Shown here: in pieces, positions 58,630-64,000 of the stretch | Numbering within the stretch: position 1 is the first letter of the stretch | How the letters are laid out: every line of letters starts with the position of its first letter | Assembly: GCF_964355755.1 (NCBI RefSeq) | Contig: NC_092674.1 | Location: 10,168,001 to 10,232,000 of the forward strand | DNA length: 64,000 nt | Direction: 5' to 3' | Source: Antedon mediterranea | Lineage: Eukaryota > Animalia > Echinodermata | Translations under genes and position numbers: made by a program | The notes under the pieces: generated by a model | What the model was told of the DNA's origin: nothing | Database searches by the model: none | Seen by the model: only the letters and a program-made list of their open reading frames with translations

Positions 58630-61007
58630 ATGGAAAACCAAAGCCAATCTGATCTAAAGCGTGGTAAGGGCAACAAACTCTACAGAGCTGTTTCAAGCGG
58701 TTTCAGTCCTTCGTTAATCAAAGTCCGACTAGAAAAGGCTAGGCAGTGCTACACAGAAGCCTTGGAATGTGCCACAACCCCTAAAGAAGCTGCAGCCGCC
58801 AACAAGAATCTTGCAATGACATCCTGGAGGTTAGCATCAATGGAAAACCTTCACAGACGTAGCTTGGTGTTGTATCTGTACAAGGAAGGGCTTAAGCGCT
58901 TTTCTAAAGCTTGGGTGTGCGGAAAAGATGCAGGTAATGACCATATCTGGTCTGATAGTCTCGTTCAGAAGATGCACCAGTGTTTGCAGGAGAGTTTTGA
59001 CTTTGTTACAAATCAACCCAATATGTCAGAGGAGAAAGAGAGACTGATGAATTTAGCTTGCCAATTGGTTCCGACTCGAGATCTGAAGGCCTCTGTTTCC
59101 ATTTTGTATGCTGAGTTTCTGCTGTCAAAGGCAATCAACCTGCTACAGCAAGGTGTCTACAAAAAGTCAAAGAGCCTTCTTTATGATTGTCATCAGCCTG
59201 TAGAGGAAGCTAGACGCTATGGTTGCAATAACAATGAGGTCTTGTTAGAGGTCAATGTACTCCATGAAGATATTGTGATGCAGACAGCTGTTGTTGAGGT
59301 AATTGAAAAAACATTAACAAACTGACATTCTTAAAATAGTGTACAGTACATATAAACTGGTCTGGTTTCATTTAGAGCAATGGTATGTTTCTTTTAAGAG
59401 TAATATTCAAAATACATATTTGATGTTGGTATATTCCTTTGTTGACTTCCGAACTAAACAAACAAAAAATGTTGACTGCAACATAAGAGTATTTTACCTA
59501 TTCAGTCATGTAAATTAATAAATTATGAATTTAATCAATCAATAAAAATGTTATTGTATGAACATTTTCTAAACTGAGACTTGTTAAACCTACTATCTTT
59601 CCAAAATGTTTGCTATAATAGGCAAGACAAGCATTAGCAACTGCTGACCAATTAAAAGAAAAGATTCTGATGAATGAGGAGGACTTAAACTTTGACATGG
59701 TTTGGGAAGTTCTAGACTGGTACAAGAAGTCCATCCTGTTGACTCGTGAGAAAGATGTTGAACTGGAAGCCATTGCTATGAGCCGAATTGGAGCTATCTA
59801 TGATATCGTACTAAAGCTGAAGTTCAAGGCAAGACCTTATTTCAAGTAAGTATAGGTATTTCTTTTCTCTATAAGTGAGTTAAGTACTCTTTTTCATCAC
59901 TTTACATAGTTGGTTCTCTGAGCAAGTATAGGAAACGTCTACTCAGGAACCTCAACAGGGAATCTGTATTTTTGTTGTCAGTCCTTTCTGCTCAAAGTTG
60001 TGACAACTGGCCTGATATTTTTAGCACAATACCTTTTGTAAAAAAGTATAGTATTATACAACTATAATTTATCAAGTATAATTTACCCCATTTTCAATAA
60101 ATATTGATAAAAAATTAATTCCAAATGTATTTATGTTTCATTATGTAAGATAAAAACAAATTTCATTTCACTTGCTACAGGCTCCTGCAATATCCAAGTA
60201 ACTATGTATTTTAAATCGGACTTCATTACAGCTCCCAGTTTAAGTTCTCCCTATTTAGTACATTTACAGTTCTTTTACTATTATTCATTGTCAGCTGTTA
60301 TCACTCCACTGCAGGTTAGAAGCCTGTGCATGCTACAAAAACCACATCTATTGCACCAGTTCACTCTTTCCAAATCTTTCCTCCGCCTTTTCCTTTAGCT
60401 ATCCATGGGGTTACCATTTTACTATTTCTTCTAAGACTCTACTGGCCATTTTTCTCTAATTTCAATATCTCCAATTTATTTATTTTTTCCTAATCCTGGC
60501 ATAAGAAGCTAAAAGAAGAAAAGCAACAGACTGACAATATATTTTACTTTTTCTAGGGGTGCCATCACTCTGGCTCATAGTCTACATCCACGTGTTCTGA
60601 CCCATAAGGATTGGTACCAGGTTTGTGCTCAAACTCTTGAATCCTACCAAGTACAGACAGTTGCGGAAGAAACGACTGCTTGGATGAAGGAACGGGAAGA
60701 AACTCTGGAGAAACTTAAACTTGTCATCGCCAAGTTTAAGTATATGGACGATAAGTATGACTGTCTTGTTTATATCTACAAGAACCATCCACCAAAGAAT
60801 GCAGAACATAAGCTACCTGAAGACTTGCCAAAGAAATCAAAGATCGAAGAGACCCGCTTGAAGAAACTGGTACAGAAAGCTATTGTTCACTACCATCCAG
60901 ACAACAACTCTATAGAAAAGTATGACAAAGAGTGGCATGTCCTCTGTGAAGAGATAACCAAGGTCTTGACGCACAAGTACAACTGTATGAAAGGAGTTGA
61001 AGTGTAA
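58630..61007 (+). CDS. Uncharacterised TPR-like helical protein with C-terminal HPD (J-domain-like) motif, 447 aa
   Basis: Exons 58630-59298, 59622-59845 and 60557-61007 join in frame with GT-AG introns; TPR-like KRGKGNKLY...ARQCYTEAL...NKNLA; C-terminal KKLVQKAIVHYHPDNN...EEITKVL. Confidence 0.85.
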
Positions 61008-61047
61008 AGGTTGTACTGTTTGGTATAGTAGCTCTGCTTTCAGTAAT

Positions 61048-61203
61048 AGGGAGCTTTCGATTTACAACTACTGATGCCCAAATTGCGTCATGTTAGTACA
61101 TTGTGCGCATGCAGGAATATTGTTTTCTCGCTCTTCACAACACAGACTTGATTTCTGTCGAGGTGACGACTGACAAGACATCGATCGCAAACAAAAGCTC
61201 CCT
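61048..61203. mobile_element. Harbinger-like MITE in the probable 3' UTR
   Basis: TIRs AGGGAGCTTT / AAAGCTCCCT about 40 nt after the stop codon. Confidence 0.55.
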
Positions 61204-62159
61204 AGTCACAACAATTCCTTTAATTACAATCTAAAAACCATCACCAGTATGCATTGTATATTTTTCATGGATTCTTTATTCAAACACATATATTTTAATA
61301 TAGTTATATCATTTTTATTGGAGGTAATGTATGTGACCCACCTGTACCTGTTGTGGCTACTGTATCCAATCGGAAAAGTAGTTGTACATAGGTGATTTCA
61401 TAACATTACATTTCTGTTTTCTATTAGAGGTAATGTATGTAGTAGTTGTAAATAGTTGATATTTTTAGTGCGATTAGAAAATCATTTTAGATGTGAATAA
61501 AAAATAGTTTTGGTAGTGTTATGTAATAGATAAAAATAACTCTAGCTTGGTAGTTGTAGACTGATATAATGATGAAGTTTTAGCTTTATTTTTTATTTTA
61601 TCAAAAATATTAAATAATCTTATTAATTTATTTGTATTTAGAAAACTTCTCGATTCATATTGTTGACATTTCTGAACATAAAGCTACATTCCATATTTGT
61701 TTCTTTATTTATAAAAATGTAATACGCTTAATAATTTTGTAATAGATAAACATATCACAAAATAATGTAGAATTCAAATAGTTTTTAGATTGTAGAATAC
61801 AGTTAATGATAATTATTGTGGAAATTTCTAAAACGTAAATGCTATAAATGTTTTACTACAGTTTGATTGATAGTTAGTAGTATTAGCTTCTTTCTTTATT
61901 TGCCAAAAACATTGATACTCTTACAAATTTGTAGTTTTAATAGATATATCACAAAATAATGTTGCTAAGTAGAATTCAAATTGTTATTGGATTTTATAAG
62001 ACTCATTCATATTTTTTAAATGTCTTCCCATATTTTTAACTAGGATATAGTACAGTGTAGTTTTTTTAACAGTGTTTTTATTTTGTAATTCATAAAGTTA
62101 TTAAAGTTTAAAGATATATAATTATCTTCTGTCTATTTATTATAGGTATTTGTCCACTT

Positions 62160-62267
62160 TTTAGTCGCATGCAAATGCAACTCTACAGCTCACTATGTTG
62201 GTCGGTCAGTTGGTAAACACCAAGTCAAATTTGAGCATGCACCTGCAGCCATGTATATGGCCTTGTT
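62160..62267 (-). mobile_element. Short HINE-like element
   Basis: Reverse complement resembles 46411-46512. Confidence 0.6.
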
Positions 62268-62992
62268 TTTCTTACAGGTTAATTAATATTCAGTATATTA
62301 CTGGGGCGGTTTAGAATTTATTTTGTGCCTGTGACTTTCGTTTTGTGCAATTTTTGTGTTCATAAACAGTGTATTATGTCCCACATAACTGGCCCATATT
62401 TCAAAACCTTAGCTGCACTGATGAGATCTAATAGAATTGAAACATACTGTATGCATATATATATATATATATCAAAAATTGTAAAACTGCATATGAAAAA
62501 CAAAATAATAATTAATCAGTCCAATACTGTAGACCTTAAGATACAGTGTTTACTTACGTTATTATGTTGAGGTGTAAGTAACAGTCCTCATGCTCTGGAA
62601 TAAAGACTTCATTCACAGTCCGTAATTGGTCTTTTTCTCCTGCATGTTGGTTGATGGCCTATCAAGCAAGCTCAACATGTATGTATGAGAAAGAAAACCT
62701 GGGTCAACCTCAACAGTCTCAGAAATGGCATTGGTAGTATAAAACATTAAAGAACTCTCCATGAAGCAAAATATGGACAGTATCGAACAAATAAACCATG
62801 TCATCAATGACTGCAAGGTCAACAGGTTTCTAAAGAATATACTCTAACATTTTTATATGATTATCCTGATACAATGATGTCAAAACGAAATTTTATTTGC
62901 ATTTCTTTTATCATAGATCATTAGAAATCATTCTTGCACCACTGTTAATATGTTCTTGCTAAGACAATTATATTTATAAGCGTTTATACCGT

Positions 62993-63180
62993 TATTTACC
63001 TCCGCCAAGGAGGTATATGTAGTCGTGTTTGTCTGTTTGTTTGATAGCAAGATTACTCAAAAAGTAATGGCAAGATCTTTACCAAAATGAAAATACAAGG
63101 ACCACTCCATTAAATTTGGAGGCAATCCGGACCAGGTTTGCAGGTCGTAGGATAGCATACATTTAATTTCCATAAATCCT
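62993..63180 (-). mobile_element. HINE-like element (family of 4800-4966)
   Basis: TTTACCTCCGCCAAGGAGGTA hairpin followed by (GTTT)n. Confidence 0.6.
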
Positions 63181-64000
63181 GTTCCTTGGCCCAGCAGATG
63201 GATATGTATATATATATTTTGATAGAAATTTGATGCCAAAAAAGTCCTCTTCTAAATTGGGCTTTACTTCCTTATGTGTATTAGAAAATTATGCATCGAG
63301 ATAGGTGAGCTTCCTACTTCATCATTACTCATAATCATGGCAATTTCAACAAGACATAAACAAGACAGAGTCAAATACTTCTTCGCACACGTTCATATTT
63401 ATTTCTTAAACTTACAGTGATCAGCAGTTCACCTTTGTTTCATTGTACAATGTTTCAATAAAATACAGTCTCTACATCTCTCTCCAAACTCAACATTTTA
63501 GGCACAGAACGAATGCTGGTTTATCAGTCAGGGTCTAAAGCGTGATTTAGTAGTGATACACAATTTGTAGTAGCAGTATAGTACTGTAGTCAATTTAGTA
63601 CCATTAAAAAGGAAAAAGAGTAGAACGGCCCAATTAAGATGTTTTTTGGTATTTTAAAAATAGTAGAGCTAAGGACTACAAAAATAATTAGGTAGCCGCT
63701 ATAGATGTAGTAGAATTACTTATGACTTAACGATTGTGAACGTGAAAAGACTGAATCGAGTCTCTGCATATTTTAAAAACTAATTCGTAGTTCACATCCG
63801 TAATAACTCATTGTACAAATTGGTGTAATAATCCGAAAGATGTCACAACGCCTAGTTGTGTTAAAGCTTGGTTCCCATTTAGAGGCAACACAAGGACCTA
63901 AGCCCACCATCATCCAAACTTTCGCTAGGTGAACTCTCCTGCGTGACCTACATCCAAGGAAACTATAGCAGTAATTTTACTGTATGGCAGAAAAGTAAAA

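Noticed and set aside
59531-59773. 80-aa minus-strand ORF
   Set aside because: Antisense to exon 2 of the TPR/HPD gene
62613-62822. 69-aa minus-strand ORF with hydrophobic N-terminus
   Set aside because: No supporting splice partners or family motif; cannot be distinguished from a chance ORF

Overview
AT-rich, intron- and repeat-rich eukaryotic genomic DNA, probably from an invertebrate animal (Deu/Nin-domain-like SINEs; the taxon is an inference). Three spliced genes were read by hand. (1) RAD50 on the minus strand: 37 in-frame GT-AG coding exons from ATG 24220 to 791, 1208 codons, with the 3' end running off the window. (2) A 3-exon, 190-aa putative secreted protein (39180->36132) with a signal peptide, an RFRR furin-type site and a Cys-containing, beta-trefoil-like mature domain. 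(3) A 3-exon, 447-aa TPR-like protein with a C-terminal HPD/J-domain-like motif (58630->61007). The rest is SINEs (tRNA- and 5S-derived), Helitron/Helentron-type and TIR non-autonomous elements, LINE fragments, minisatellites and local tandem duplications. The most striking item is a 1.24-kb miniature DIRS1-type element in RAD50 intron 1. It keeps its inverted terminal repeats (ITRs) and internal complementary region (ICR), carries an in-frame Gag-zinc-finger/tyrosine-recombinase fusion, and sits 4 nt from the centre of a perfect 49-bp host palindrome. No CRISPR array or prokaryotic system is present. All coordinates were read manually, and repeat edges are approximate.
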